Assembly (NCBI RefSeq): GCF_001194135.2
Contig: NC_068991.1
Location: forward strand, 54,352,425 to 54,416,424
Length of the DNA stretch: 64,000 nt
Source of the DNA: Octopus bimaculoides
Lineage: Eukaryota
Direction of reading: 5' to 3'
Every line of letters starts with the position of its first letter. The stretch's first letter is position 1. Below, piece by piece: positions 38,966-52,995 of this stretch. Position numbers and translations under genes: made by a program. The notes beneath the pieces are model-generated. The model did not search any database. It was not told the DNA's origin and saw nothing but the letters and a program-made list of their open reading frames with translations.

Positions 38966-40260
38966 AACTAATATATGCAAAGTTACAGGCTAATATATGT
39001 GCAGATATAAATTGATATATACACAGGTATAGGTTAATATATATACAGTATAGATTAATATATGAACAGATATAAATTGATATATGCACAGGTATAGGTA
39101 AATATATGCACAATTACAAACTAATACNNNNNNNNNNNNNNNNNNNNNNNNNNNNNNNNNNNNNNNNNNNNNNNNNNNNNNNNNNNNNNNNNNNNNNNNN
39201 NNNNNNNNNNNNNNNNNNNNNNNNNNNNNNNNNNNNNNNNNNNNNNNNNNNNNNNNNNNNNNNNNNNNNNNNNNNNNNNNNNNNNNNNNNNNNNNNNNNN
39301 NNNNNNNNNNNNGATTAATATATGAACAGATATAAATTGATATATGCACAGGTATAGGTAAATATATGCACAATTACAAACTAATACATGCACAGGTATA
39401 CATTAATATATGAACAGATATAAATTGATATATGCACAGGTATAGGTAAATATATGCACAATTACAAACTAATATATGCGAGGTATACATTAATATATGA
39501 ACAGATATAAATTGATATATGCAGAGGTATAGGTAAATATATGCACAATTACAAACTAATATATGCACAGGTATACATTAATATATGAACAGATATAAAT
39601 TGATATATGCAGAGGTAGAGGTAAATATATGCACAATTACAAACTAATATATGCACAGGTATATATTAATATATGAACAGATATAAATTGATATATGCAC
39701 AGGTATAGGTAAATATATGCACAATTACAAACTAATACATGCACAGGTATACATTAATATATGAACAGATATANNNNNNNNNNNNNNNNNNNNNNNNNNN
39801 NNNNNNNNNNNNNNNNNNNNNNNNNNNNNNNNNNNNNNNNNNNNNNNNNNNNNNNNNNNNNNNNNNNNNNNNNNNNNNNNNNNNNNNNNNNNNNNNNNNN
39901 NNNNNNNNNNNNNNNNNNNNNNNNNNNNNNNNNNNNNNNNNNNNNNNNNNNNNNNNNNNNNNNNNNNNNNNNNNNNNNNNNNNNNNNNNNNNNNNNNNNN
40001 NNNNNNNNNNNNNNNNNNNNNNNNNTAATATATGCACAGGTATATATTAATATATGAACAGATATAAATTGATATATGCACAGATATACATTGATATATG
40101 AACAGATAAATTAATATATGTACATATGTAGGTTAATATATGCACAGGTGTAGGTTAATGTATGAACAGATATAAATTAATATATGCACAGGTTTAGGTT
40201 AATATAATCACAGGTAGGACTTAACACATGCACAAATATGGTTCAACATATGCACAAATT
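38965..40260. repeat. 88-bp higher-order minisatellite built from four 22-bp monomers (two gaps inside)
   Basis: Unit starts at 39390, 39478, 39565, 39653 and 39741 (periods 88, 87, 88, 88). Confidence 0.9.
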
Positions 40261-41755
40261 TCATATATCTCTATGATGTTTGATTTAGCCTTTCAATGGA
40301 GATCTTTTGATATTTGTATTCAAACATGAAATGCATAACAAAAAATAAATAAATAAATGCTAGTAATGCTGTTTTATCTTTGAGTAAACAGTGCCAATAA
40401 AATTCAAAATTTATTGATACTCGAGAAAATTAATGAAGTACTTATTGATTTGCTTCTGTGATATTTCTGGATGAAACTAAAGGATAAACTTACGTATTGA
40501 TTAGTTGGTTCCAGTACCACATTCTGTAGCAGAACAGTTTTTCAAAGAGCTAATGTGTTAGCGTGAAAAGTTGAAAAATTATATAAATGTTTATATTAGG
40601 GAACTCATGGGGATAAGATAATTTGAAGCTAATTTCATCGTTAAAAGTCAAATTTATTAGAATCGGTTATGACGGGAATGGGCATATGACATGTTACAAA
40701 TAAGAATAGTTCTCTCTTTCTTACTTTGTCTCTTTCTTACTTTGTCTCTTTCTCTCATATATCTCATATATATATGTGTGTGTGTGTTTGTGATGTGTGT
40801 GTTTGTGATGTGTGTGTGTGTTTGTGATGTGTGTGTGTGTTTGTGATGTGTGAATGTATATAAATACATGCATCAACAAATATGATTATATATATATATA
40901 TATNNNNNNNNNNNNNNNNNNNNNNNNNNNNNNNNNNNNNNNNNNNNNNNNNNNNNNNNNNNNNNNNNNNNNNNNNNNNNNNNNNNNNNNNNNNNNNNNN
41001 NNNNNNNNNNNNNNNNNNNNNNNNNNNNNNNNNNNNNNNNNNNNNNNNNNNNNNNNNNNNNNNNNNNNNNNNNNNNNNNNNNNNNNNNNNNNNNNNNNNN
41101 NNNNNNNNNNNNNNNNNNNNNNNNNNNNNNNNNNNNNNNNNNNNNNNNNNNNNNNNNNNNNNNNNNNNNNNNNNNNNNNNNNNNNNNNNNNNNNNNNNNN
41201 NNNNNNNNNNNNNNNNNNNNNNNNNNNNNNNNNNNNNNNNNNNNNNNNNNNNNNNNNNNNNNNNNNNNNNNNNNNNNNNNNNNNNNNNNNNNNNNNNNNN
41301 NNNNNNNNNNNNNNNNNNNNNNNNNNNNNNNNNNNNNNNNNNNNNNNNNNNNNNNNNNNNNNNNNNNNNNNNNNNNNNNNNNNNNNNNNNNNNNNNNNNN
41401 NNNNNNNNNNNNNNNNNNNNNNNNNNNNNNNNNNNNNNNNNNNNNNNNNNNNNNNNNNNNNNNNNNNNNNNNNNNNNNNNNNNNNNNNNNNNNNNNNNNN
41501 NNNNNNNNNNNNNNNNNNNNNNNNNNNNNNNNNNNNNNNNNNNNNNNNNNNNNNNNNNNNNNNNNNNNNNNNNNNNNNNNNNNNNNNNNNNNNNNNNNNN
41601 NNNNNNNNNNNNNNNNNNNNNNNNNNNNNNNNNNNNNNNNNNNNNNNNNNNNNNNNNNNNNNNNNNNNNNNNNNNNNNNNNNNNNNNNNNNNNNNNNNNN
41701 ATATATATATATACATACACACAGACATACACTCATATACATGTGTGTTTGTGTA

Positions 41756-41807
<52 letters not shown>

Positions 41808-42341
41808 AATGGTTCAGTTTGGCTCAATGCTTAGAGAGTTTCTTGCACATTAATGTGGTCCAAAGTTTGGTCCCATCAGTTGCCAGTTTGTATGAGGTTC
41901 TTTTCCCATACCATCTTGGATTGACCCAAACCTCAAAATGGACATTAGGCAGTTGGATGGATTCTAATTGTAACTCAAATGCCCACACTTATCACACACA
42001 CTGAGTCACCCTGATTTTGTTTGAGGATAACATTAAGGATATATATCTGTTGATAGAACATGCTGCCATTTATGTGCTCATTCCCCAAACAAGAGCGTTC
42101 GGTTAAGTACTCATTATCAAAACTGACTGAATTCCATATAACTACTTGCGTATAAATGTATGTGTGTGTGTGTGTGTGTGTGTGTATGTTTGTTTCTTTA
42201 AGTGTCTGTGTGAGTGTCATCACCATCATCATCATCGTCATCATCATTATTATTGTCATCATTGGATAGCTAACTAGTCAGCCAACTCACTACATATGTA
42301 GATGCATATATACACTCACCCCACCACCACCACTACATACA

Positions 42342-42383
<42 letters not shown>

Positions 42384-43212
42384 TGCACACATGCATATGC
42401 ATGCACATTCTAAAACATGTTCATTTACTGCTTTCAGTCCCTGAATTCATCCCAATGCCTTGAAGGGTTTCTCTTAATTTGAACACATCCCGCACTTAGT
42501 CTTGTACTCATCTTATCAAACGCTATTTGTGAATGGCTAAACTTACCAAAGTTGCATCACTTCATTTTATAAGAAATTAGCATTTTATAGAATTAACATT
42601 TTTTAGAATTAAATGCCAAGGTTTTCATATAAGTATACACAAGCACACACACACATGCACATCCTAATACAGACTTACACCACATGTTTTTCTTTGCGTA
42701 CAAACAAACTGAGAAAATGTCAGGATATAAGAGGAACCAGATGTAGCATGCAAGAGAGAAAGCTACACTTGTAGCTGATTAATAAAGCACCAAGTAATCC
42801 AAATAGATCCAAGTAGTAGGAAGACATAAGATGTAGTGAAAGCTGATCCCCAAAAGCTAAACTCTCTTTAGAGATGATAAAAGAGGGAAGCAAATGGTGA
42901 GATACTGAACTAGCTGAACTAGGGAAGACTCAGCCAACCCATGCAAGCATGGAAAAGTGAACATGAAACAATGATAATGATGATGATTATGTTGATATGT
43001 ACATATCTATGTGATATATATAAAAAGGATGTTGATAGGGACTTCGAAGTTTCTGCCTGTTAAGCTATCTACAATGTAACTGTCAACAACATTCATGTAT
43101 AAGAATAAGAATAAATTTATACTCTATAAAAGTATAGAGTTACCCATCAGGTTAATATAAAATTGTTTTTATTATAACTGAACATAAAAACAACTATTTA
43201 TTTAATTCTGAA

Positions 43213-43260
<48 letters not shown>

Positions 43261-43438
43261 NNNNNNNNNNNNNNNNNNNNNNNNNNNNNNNNNNNNNNNN
43301 NNNNNNNNNNNNNNNNNNNNNNNNNNNNNNNNNNNNNNNNNNNNNNNNNNNNNNNNNNNNNNNNNNNNNNNNNNNNNNNNNNNNNNNNNNNNNNNNNNNN
43401 NNNNNNNNNNNNNNNNNNNNNNNNNNNNNNNNNNNNNN

Positions 43439-43483
<45 letters not shown>

Positions 43484-43489
<6 letters not shown>

Positions 43490-43655
43490 CATCATCATCA
43501 TCAATTTTTAACATCCGTTTTAAATAATGGCATGGGTTGGACGGTTTGATAGGAGCTGGCCAGCTGTAGAACTGTCCAAACTCCTGTAATTGTCTATTTT
43601 GGCAGGGTTTCTATGGCTGGATGCCTTTCCTAACACCATCAACTTTGCAGAGTGG
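43484..43655 (-). mobile_element. SINE-C 3' part
   Basis: (CAT)n, CATGGGTTGGACGG, GGCTGGATGCCTTTCCTAACACC. Confidence 0.7.
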
Positions 43656-43824
43656 TATATAGTTATATGTCGTTATTCAAATAACAATGAAAACCACAAT
43701 TTAAACTGAAGAACTCAGTGCATTGAATTATTAATACAGAGCAGACATATTTATTCTCAAAAAACAATGTCTTACAAGATTAGTTTTATTTACTTCTATA
43801 GAATATTTCACAATGTTATGCATA

Positions 43825-43886
<62 letters not shown>

Positions 43887-44819
43887 ATGTAAATGATGTC
43901 AGCTTGATGAAGACAAGCAAGTCACCATCAACTTTGTACTCAACTAAAAATATTGAGTAATCCATCAGTTTTATGTTAAAATTCTATACATAAAGTGACA
44001 TAAAAACATCATACACACATACACACACACATACAGACATACACATACACGCACACATACACACACACATACAGACATACACATACACACACACATACAC
44101 AAACACACACTTGCAAACTTATGTATATGTACGTGTGAATGTATGTATATATGTAGTACATAGGTACAACTTACCTTTCCATCACTACTAACAAAAACTT
44201 ATTTAAGTATATAATCTTCATAGTGTCGATTTTAATCTCCAAACATTTCATTTTGAATGAAGCTTTCCAAGATATTCTGATCTTTTAAGAATTCTGTCTT
44301 CACTTCTTGCCTTATATTTTTTATTTGCCTCTTGGAGTTCTTCTTTAATTATATGTGTTTTTATACATTTTTTTTTAGCATCTAACTTTTTCTCCAATAT
44401 AATATTATTTTTCCACGATTGAGAATTTTCCATCACCCATAAATAAATAAACATATATATATATATAAATATATATATATATNNNNNNNNNNNNNNNNNN
44501 NNNNNNNNNNNNNNNNNNNNNNNNNNNNNNNNNNNNNNNNNNNNNNNNNNNNNNNNNNNNNNNNNNNNNNNNNNNNNNNNNNNNNNNNNNNNNNNNNNNN
44601 NNNNNNNNNNTAAATGCTTATTTTTATGTCAAGTTATATATAAAAGCAATTTAACATTAAACTGAGAAATTACTAAATACTTTTTTACGATAAGTTTATT
44701 AAACATTTACAAGGAAAGGGTGACAGTGACTTCGAAGTTTTATTCTGTTGTATGTTAACTCAAAAATTATTTCATTTCTCTTTCTATAATGCATTTAATT
44801 ACAAATTTGATTACAAATA

Positions 44820-44890
<71 letters not shown>

Positions 44891-44945
44891 ATAGTAGTAG
44901 TAATGGTGGTGGTGGTGATGGTCGTCGTCATCGTCATCGTCATCA
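44820..44945. repeat. (AGT)n grading into GGT/CGT/CAT repeats
   Basis: Direct inspection. Confidence 0.95.
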
Positions 44946-45498
44946 TGGTAGTTTATTCCGCCCCATCCCAGGTTAGGCTTCACAGTGCAGATAAAACAAT
45001 GGACAAAGGCATTTTTTGTAATTGATTTTGTTCAGTCTCACTACATAAAAACTTCATAGTCCAATATTTTCTACATCTTGTAAGACAGAAGAATGTGATT
45101 TGAGAGAAATTTGTCTGCTGTTTCTAGTATATCAAACAGCCATATAGAAAGCTCTTTTATTCCTTGGCTGTGGATACCTTCATACAATGTTACATGTCTT
45201 CCCACAGCAGAAGATGGATAACAAATATATTTATCCCTGTGAGACCAACCACTGATGTTTGAATTATCTGCTCCAGCTCTCTTGCTGGTTGTTTCTTGTT
45301 TTACATGAAAGCACTTCAGAAGTGAAATATGGACCAAAATGGAAGCATTACACCTTGTTAATAGATTTCTTTGGTTTCTGTAAATGCTAAGTGTTTGGTT
45401 TGTGTGTATGTGTTTCTGAGAATTTCTAGAATAACATGTACATCCTGGAATTCCATTTGAATGAAGAATCATGTAGGTTGCTTGAAGCAATGTGATAA

Positions 45499-45828
45499 AG
45501 AAGTTGCCTGGCACTCCGTCAGTTATGACAAGTATTCCAGTTGATCCAGTCAATGGAATAGCCTGCTCATGAAACTAATGTGCAAGTGGCTGAACATTCC
45601 ATAGGCATGAATACACTTAATGTAGATTCCAGAGAGAGTCAGTATAACATGGAATGTGGCAAAGCTGGCCTTTTTGAATTACAGGTACTACTCATTGTCA
45701 CCAGCTGAGTGGACTGGGGCAACATGAAATAAAGTGTCTTGCCCAAGGATACAATGTGCTACCAGGAATCATCCTCATGACCTTATGATCATGAACCAAA
45801 TACCCTAATCACTAAACCAGGCACCTTC
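45499..45828 (-). mobile_element. SINE-D, CpG-decayed
   Basis: Same subfamily as 23703-24010 but only 1 CpG counted. Confidence 0.8.
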
Positions 45829-46644
45829 ACAATAAAGAAATAAAATAACAAAATAATGAAGGTGAAGAGCCTCTTACAATGAGAAGACAATATTTGATAA
45901 TCTTTATACACTTCAAGCACAAAGGCACATCATCAGAAGATTATTTCAGTCAAAAAATGTTAGTCTATATAGTAACAACTATGTATAGGTTCCACCAGGT
46001 CTAAAATCACTCTAGGGGAACCTTCTCTCACCCCCATGTCCAGTGGTATAGCTTTAGTGAGTGCTGCCTGGAGCAGTCCATCAGCTTGTTCCTTTCCTCT
46101 CATTGTTCCCTACACATGCTTATACAGTACACCCGAAGTACCCATAAGGCATCACTTGGGAAAGACCACCCCTCCATCACCTATTTACACTATTGTCTAT
46201 ATCCCTACAACTGAATCAGTTTTTGAGGGCCTAAGGCAAAACATTGGTGTAGCAGGCCTTCAGGTCTCCACTTACCTGATTGAGTTCCTTGAGCACCTTT
46301 ACAACATCAACTAATACTCAGTGGACCAAACTGTGGTTCACCATTTCTGTATACCAGGCCATTCCATCACCACCTCTTGGTACCCTCATATTTCTTCACA
46401 CTACAGTACATCGTACTCCAGCAGACACAAACAACATTAACAGATTATCTTCCACCTTAGAACCTCTCCACCCCTTTAGATTTTAAGGAATATTTTTCTG
46501 CCTCTTCCCCCAACACCACCACCACATCCATTTCATCTGTATTTATGCCTGCAGATATGAGGGTATGTACTGGGTTGTTTCCATGCTTTCCTCATATAAT
46601 GTTTGGGATGTGAACAAATGAGTGTATAGTTACAAATGTATCTA

Positions 46645-46767
46645 TGTATGTATGTATGTATGTATGTATGTATGTATGTATGTATGTATGTATGTATGTA
46701 TGTATGTATGAATGAATGTATGTATGTATGTATGTAGGCATCTATCTATCTATCTATATATATATAT
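46645..46767. repeat. (TATG)n followed by (TATC)n and (TA)n
   Basis: Direct inspection. Confidence 0.95.
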
Positions 46768-47020
46768 NNNNNNNNNNNNNNNNNNNNNNNNNNNNNNNNN
46801 NNNNNNNNNNNNNNNNNNNNNNNNNNNNNNNNNNNNNNNNNNNNNNNNNNNNNNNNNNNNNNNNNNNNNNNNNNNNNNNNNNNNNNNNNNNNNNNNNNNN
46901 NNNNNNNNNNNNNNNNNNNNNNNNNNNNNNNNNNNNNNNNNNNNNNNNNNNNNNNNNNNNNNNNNNNNNNNNNNNNNNNNNNNNNNNNNNNNNNNNNNNN
47001 NNNNNNNNNNNNNNNNNNNN

Positions 47021-47350
47021 CATCGTCGTCGTTTAACGTCCGCTTTCTATGCTAGCATGGGTTGGACGATTTGACTGAGGACTGGTGAAACCAGATGGCT
47101 ACACCAGGCTCCAATCTGATTTGGCAGAGTTTCTACGGCTGGATGCCCTTCCTAACGCCAACCACTCAGAGAGTGTAGTGGGTGCTTTTACGTGTCACCC
47201 GCACGGAGGCCAGTCAGGCGGTACTGGCAACAGCCACGCTCAAGATGGTGTATTTTATGTGCCACCTGCTCAAGAGCCAGTCCAGGGGCACTGGCAACGA
47301 TCTCGCTCAAAAATCCTATGAAGGCCAGTCAGGCGGTACTGGCAACGGCC
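47021..47350 (-). mobile_element. SINE-C, relatively young (CpG retained)
   Basis: GTTTAACGTCCGCTTTC...GGATGCCCTTCCTAACGCC...repeated GCCAGTCAGGCGGTACTGGCAAC. Confidence 0.85.
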
Positions 47351-47665
47351 ATATATATACATCTGTGTGCATGCATATGGTGAGCAGGGACATATGCACA
47401 TTCACGCACATGTGTAATCACACATGAAATCGCATGGTCATGCACAAAGGATGAAGTATAAGGAGTGAGGGTATGTGGGTGGATACAATGGACAAGTGTT
47501 GAGGATTGGTAAGCTGCAGTTCTGTTCATGGGGATTAATTTGCGATTGTGACCATGGTGCAGGAAGTACTAAGGGAGGCTGGTACTAATGAAGTGTATCC
47601 GGATTGTCAGCGGTCAGTGGCTTGAAATTTACCACAAGCGTGTACCTCTGGCGACAGCAGTACAG

Positions 47666-47715
<50 letters not shown>

Positions 47716-47876
47716 GTGATGTACAAAGGGTGAGGGAATATATACATATATATGTATATATATATATATATGTGTATATATATCTATGTATATATGCATA
47801 TGTATAAATATATATATATGTAAAGAATAAAAAGCTTTGAATGGTACAACAATGCACTATAATACAAAAAATGGAC

Positions 47877-47933
47877 TATATACCTGTTGTAATTTAGTTA
47901 TCTATAGTCCAACTAAATTACAACAGGTATATA
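47877..47933. other. Perfect 23-bp inverted repeat with 11-nt loop
   Basis: TATATACCTGTTGTAATTTAGTT (47877-47899) / AACTAAATTACAACAGGTATATA (47911-47933). Confidence 0.9.
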
Positions 47934-49949
47934 TACAACACTACTGCTTTTTGATTCAGTTGCAGTTCAAGCTGGAGTTCTAGGCACTACTTATTGTATG
48001 AATTTATTACATTATGGTATTAGATACAATTTTATCTGAACTCTACATACATACCAACTCATGCATACACACAAACATACACAAACATATACTCACATAC
48101 ATACACATATATACACATGCTCACATACATACATTCAAGAAAAAAAATGGATGCACTTCACCAGTCTTCTATCTAAATTATGTTAGATAAAGATTTGATT
48201 ATTAACAGAGAAATACACTCAACTATTATATAATTGATGAAAAAACTCAGTAGCTTACCAGCAGTACTATATAATGGACAATGGCTAATAACCTTAATAT
48301 AGAGAGCGAAAAATATATTTTAATCAATTAAAATTATAATTATACCCATAATGAAAAGAAAATCATTAATGTTAATTCTTGAATGGGTTTTGGATTCTTT
48401 AATGCTTTTGTGACTATTTAGAGCAAAATTATAACAAAAAAAGCTTCTATTCATGGCTAATATATTTAATATAAAAATATCAGTCTCTGAATGTGGTCGG
48501 TGCAGAACTTATCCGATTCTGTTGTTATTTAGCCTAAAGTTAGCTCTGATTCAGAAGACTTATGCTTATTCCAGCCATGACCTACTTGTCTTTGAAGAAG
48601 TATTCAGGATTACATTACTTAGATCAAAGACAATCCAGCCGTGACTATCCTGTCTTTGTGTAGAGGTATCTAAGATCACATTATTTATTTTATCCTTACC
48701 TGATTTAAAACAGTAGGGATATGAGAGAGATTTGGCTGCTTTTTCTAGCATATTGAATGAGTATTTAGAGCAGACAAGGGCTGTTGTTTGCAAGAAGCTG
48801 GTCGCATGAGACATGGCTCATCATTTGATGGGCTACACCACTAAAAAATTTAAGGTGATTTTTCATTAGGCCTGCCATTCAGAAAGTCTTGTGGGCCACA
48901 TGTTGCCTATAATTGATTCTCTCACTGGGCTATCATGCCATTGTACCCTCACACCTAGATAAGGTATACAACAAAATCAAAACTAACTCTAAATTTTGGA
49001 GTATTCTTCTCCTGGTGTCAATGTCAAGAGACTTGACAATGTGGTTAATGAGTTCACTTCACAACTAAAGGTTTTTAGGTTCGATCCTACTGTACTACCG
49101 TACATCATCTTTGACATTTATTGAAGCCTTGGAAGTGGGGTAGACCAAAGCCTTGTAAATGAAATTTGATTGAGAGAAACTGTGGTCTAAATGATTGTTC
49201 CTATTTTTAGATGGTAAACTTAGTCTGTAGTAATGGGATGAGGTGGTGTGGTTTGCCCTAGGGTGGCACCTGATGGGGTGGCACTTGTATAAGCCAATAT
49301 AGGCCCGGGACCTGTGAAGAGAGGGAAATTCAAGATCTTCTCTAGGTGGCACACATACACACTTGCTATGCCACTAACCTGTAGCCAGGTTTCACACCAC
49401 CATTCTGGGCCTTGTGTACACTTAGTGGTGGTAAGGGGGACACTGTTGCAAACATTTGGGTCAAATCTCCAGTTTGAGAATAACTTCCTTCATCCCACCT
49501 ATTTCTGAAAATGGTCTTGGGTATCTGTATCTTCCACTGACTAAGGCAAGTTCAGACATAATTGTGTGTACTGGTTAAGATGTTTACTTCACAGCAACAT
49601 GGTTTCTGGTTCAGTTCTATGGCACAGTACTATGAACAAGCATCTTCTACTGAAACCTTGAACAGCTGGATGTCTTGGAGTACTGTAAGATAACTACTCA
49701 GATTCCAGAAACTGAAGTCAGAATGACACATGCTTAGGCTACACAATATTTCATATTACTGAGTCAGACAGAGAAAGGAATTTCTCAATATTTGTTAAGA
49801 TCTTTCTCTTGCTTCTCTGTTAGAAGGCCTGATCCAGAATTACACAACTGACCAGTTTTGCACAAGCACACACACACACACACAAACTCACACATACACA
49901 CATTCACACACACCAGGCAGCCATGCAACTACAGCATCAATTGCATTGA

Positions 49950-50104
49950 ACCTAGAATTCAACTGGTAATTATTTTATCAATCCCTAAAGGAAAAAAGGC
50001 AAAGGTAGCCTCCTCACCAGAATTTGAACTCAGAGCATAAAGATATGTGAATTGCCACTATGCATTTTGCCTGATGTGCTAATGATTCTACCAGCTCACT
50101 GCCC
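49950..50104 (-). mobile_element. SINE-A, partial
   Basis: GAATTTGAACTCAGA...GCTAATGATTCTACCAGCTCACTGCC. 0 CpG. Confidence 0.75.
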
Positions 50105-50654
50105 AATAAACTATGTATAGTATGATTGAGTTTTCTCTTTTAAACAATTGTTCGTGTCTCTTGGAATATTTTCAGCAAAAGACCAAATAAAATAACAAGC
50201 AAATCATCAATAATAGTATTACTGTGGATGAGATCTTTATGTTGTATTGTTTGTCAAATATTAATGATGAGCACGATGTCTTGTAGCTTCAGTAATAAGA
50301 AAATATGCTGGAATTGTCAATAAAGGAATTGGTTACAAATTGTTTGTACATACTAATAGCTTTGTTAGAATAATCTAACAGAGCTAACAATAATAAAAAT
50401 GTACAAGATGAAAAGAAGGATTTGTAACATTTGAATATTTTTTGAATTAATCAATAGTCAAAATGTTTATACATATTGATCTTTATTCTTTATTCTTTCT
50501 GTAAGTTGTTGGAAAGGACAATGATTTGAAGCTTATCAATAAAAGGACTATTTCCTCTTTATAGGTAACATGTTGGATGAGAGAATATCTCTCTCCATAG
50601 AAACATTCAGATAAATAAGGAAATGGCGAAGATGTTATTTGATATCTTCTATTT

Positions 50655-50960
50655 TTTTAATACTTATTTCAGTCATTAGACTGTGGTCAATGCTGGAGCA
50701 CCACCTTGAAAAATCTTAGTCAAATGAATTGACCCCAGTACTTATATTATTTTTAAAAGGGTACTTATTCTATCACTCTCTTTTGCCAAATCACTGAGTT
50801 ACAGGAATGTAAACACACCAACACTAGTTGTCAAGTAGTGGTGATGGGCAAACACAGACATAAAAATAATCACACATGTACACACATAGTTAAGAAGTTC
50901 TCTTCACAATCATATGGTCATGAATTTTGTTCCATTGTGGGGTACTTTGAACAAGGATCT
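50655..50960 (-). mobile_element. SINE-B
   Basis: TTAGACTGTGGTCAATGCTGGAGCACCACCTTG...CCCCAGTACTTAT...GTTGTCAAGTAG. Confidence 0.75.
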
Positions 50961-51160
50961 GCTACCATGACATCAAACTGAATGATGCTATGTGACTGGA
51001 ATTTGGGACCTGGAACTGAGAGAAAGCTCATCATATGAAGTTTTAGCAATGAATACTTGAAACAGTCATACTTTTTAAGAAAGATTTTCTTGAATTAAGA
51101 ATTATTAATTACATAAAAAAAATAAGAAAAACAATGCAGCATATCTTTGACATATATAAC

Positions 51161-51195
<35 letters not shown>

Positions 51196-51758
51196 TACAT
51201 ACGCACTTACTCACACCCATGCATATCTAGTCCAATGGTGGTCGGCCCTATGCATGTGAAACTTTCCAACACTCTCTATGCAGCCTGAGAAGGCCTATAC
51301 CTCCTCTGCCACCTTTAAGTAGATTACTGGAACTTTGGCTGCCATAACTAGATTTGGGATGAATATTGGGGTGGTTCTCCTTTGCTTTCTTTAGGCAGGT
51401 GGGATTTGAACTCAGGATGAAGAAAGTTAGAAGACAGAGGAAAACTCCCTTGTGATATTTGTTCTGCTCAAATTGCATACGCAATCCTATATCACTGTTG
51501 CTATTCTAAATGCAGTGAAACAGTAATTGACGCATCGAAAATTTGTAATCTTGTCCTAACAGATTTTTTTGTTAAATGTTTTTAAAAATAAATATTGACA
51601 CTCCTCTACCCACCCAGTCCCCCCTCATAACACCCCACCCCTTGACATTTGCCACTCACCTCCTTGTGAACTTATAATACTCCAAATGAGGTGCTACAAT
51701 TGATGTTAAAAATCATTGATCTAAATTGCTTGAATGTTAAACTTTTAAAATGCTAAAT

Positions 51759-52020
51759 TAGTGGTTCTCAGTCAGGGTCCATATGTTCCTTGAGGGTCAA
51801 TGTTTAATGACAAGATTTTGTCATTAAAATTTATGTGCAATAAATTTGTTATACTTTTACAATGCACAAAATGTTTTAACAATTTTTGTTATGCAATTCC
51901 TAATAACATTTAATTCTAAAAATATAATAGGATTCTTTTTAACATTGAATGCCTATGAGGGTCAACCCATGTAAAATAAGAACCAAAAGGGGTCATAGGT
52001 AAAAAATGGTTGATAACTAT
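51759..52020. mobile_element. Degenerate hAT-type MITE
   Basis: Ends TAGTGGTTCTCA... and ...GGTTGATAACTAT resemble decayed CAGTGGTTCTCAACC TIRs, with an AT-rich interior. Confidence 0.45.
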
Positions 52021-52073
52021 TTTTTATGCTTCATTTAATCACATTTCAACTTTTTTTAACTACCTTTAATATA

Positions 52074-52995
52074 TTGGGTCATCCCATAAATAATATGGGT
52101 TTTTTCAATTGCATGAACTAAAAGTCAGAGAGGGATGGAATAAACTACCTGCATCAACTTCCTATAAAAGCAGGTAGTAATTTTACCTTGTCCTTATTCT
52201 TAGTGCAAGTTTTGAAGAGTGCAGTTCGAGTTTAACAGTTATCTTTTTCAAAGTTATAATGGAAGTGACAAAGGAGCATATTCGGCATATTTTGCTTTAC
52301 GAGTTCAATAAAGGCAACAATGCAACAGAGAGTGCGAGGAATATTAATGCAGTATATGGGGATCGGACAATAAGTGTAAGCCAGTGTCAACGGTGGTTCC
52401 AGAAATTCCAATCCAGAAGCTACAGCCTAGAAGACGAGCCTTGTCCTGGAAGATCTGTAGAACTGAACGAGGGCGTCCTGCAAATCCTGGTGGAACAAAA
52501 TCCCATCGTAACTGTTGAGGAACTAGCAGAAAAGCTTGGATTTGGTCAGTCAACCATTCATTGACATCTCCATGCCATCGTAAAATGACCATCTTCGGTT
52601 TCAAGATGAAAGGCATTCTTCCATCAGGATGGCCAGCCAAATACAGTGAGAATGACATTCCAAAGGCTGGAGAAGTTTGAATGGGAAACGATACCCTACC
52701 TACCATATTCGCCAGACATTGCTCCATCTAATCATTTATTCCACAGTCTTCAAAATCATTTGGACAGAAAAAATATGAATTCTGTATACGAGGTCAGAAA
52801 AGTACTGGAGGAGTATTTTTCTTCACAGATAAGTGAATTTTGGAAGAGGGGCCTTGCAAGTCTACCAGCTAGATGGAAGAGTATTGTAGAAAATGAAGGA
52901 GAGCATATTTTAGATTAAAAAAGAACTTTGTTTATCTTAATTTTGAAATATAAAAGAAGTATAAAAAAAACCGCATTATTTATGAGATGACCCAA
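52074..52995 (+). mobile_element. Mariner (Tc1/mariner) element, internally deleted and non-autonomous
   Basis: TIRs TTGGGTCATCCCATAAATAAT / ATTATTTATGAGATGACCCAA flanked by TA (52072-73, 52996-97). ORF 52259-52564 encodes the mariner HTH region. ORF 52646-52918 has YSPDIAPSNH, with FHQDG just upstream. The WVPHEL/first-D region is missing. Confidence 0.95.

Noticed and set aside
45071-45553. 160-aa minus-strand ORF, the longest non-microsatellite ORF
   Set aside because: Its start lies inside a SINE-D tail, it has no recognisable domain, and it includes a TG-repeat-derived stretch. Treated as chance.
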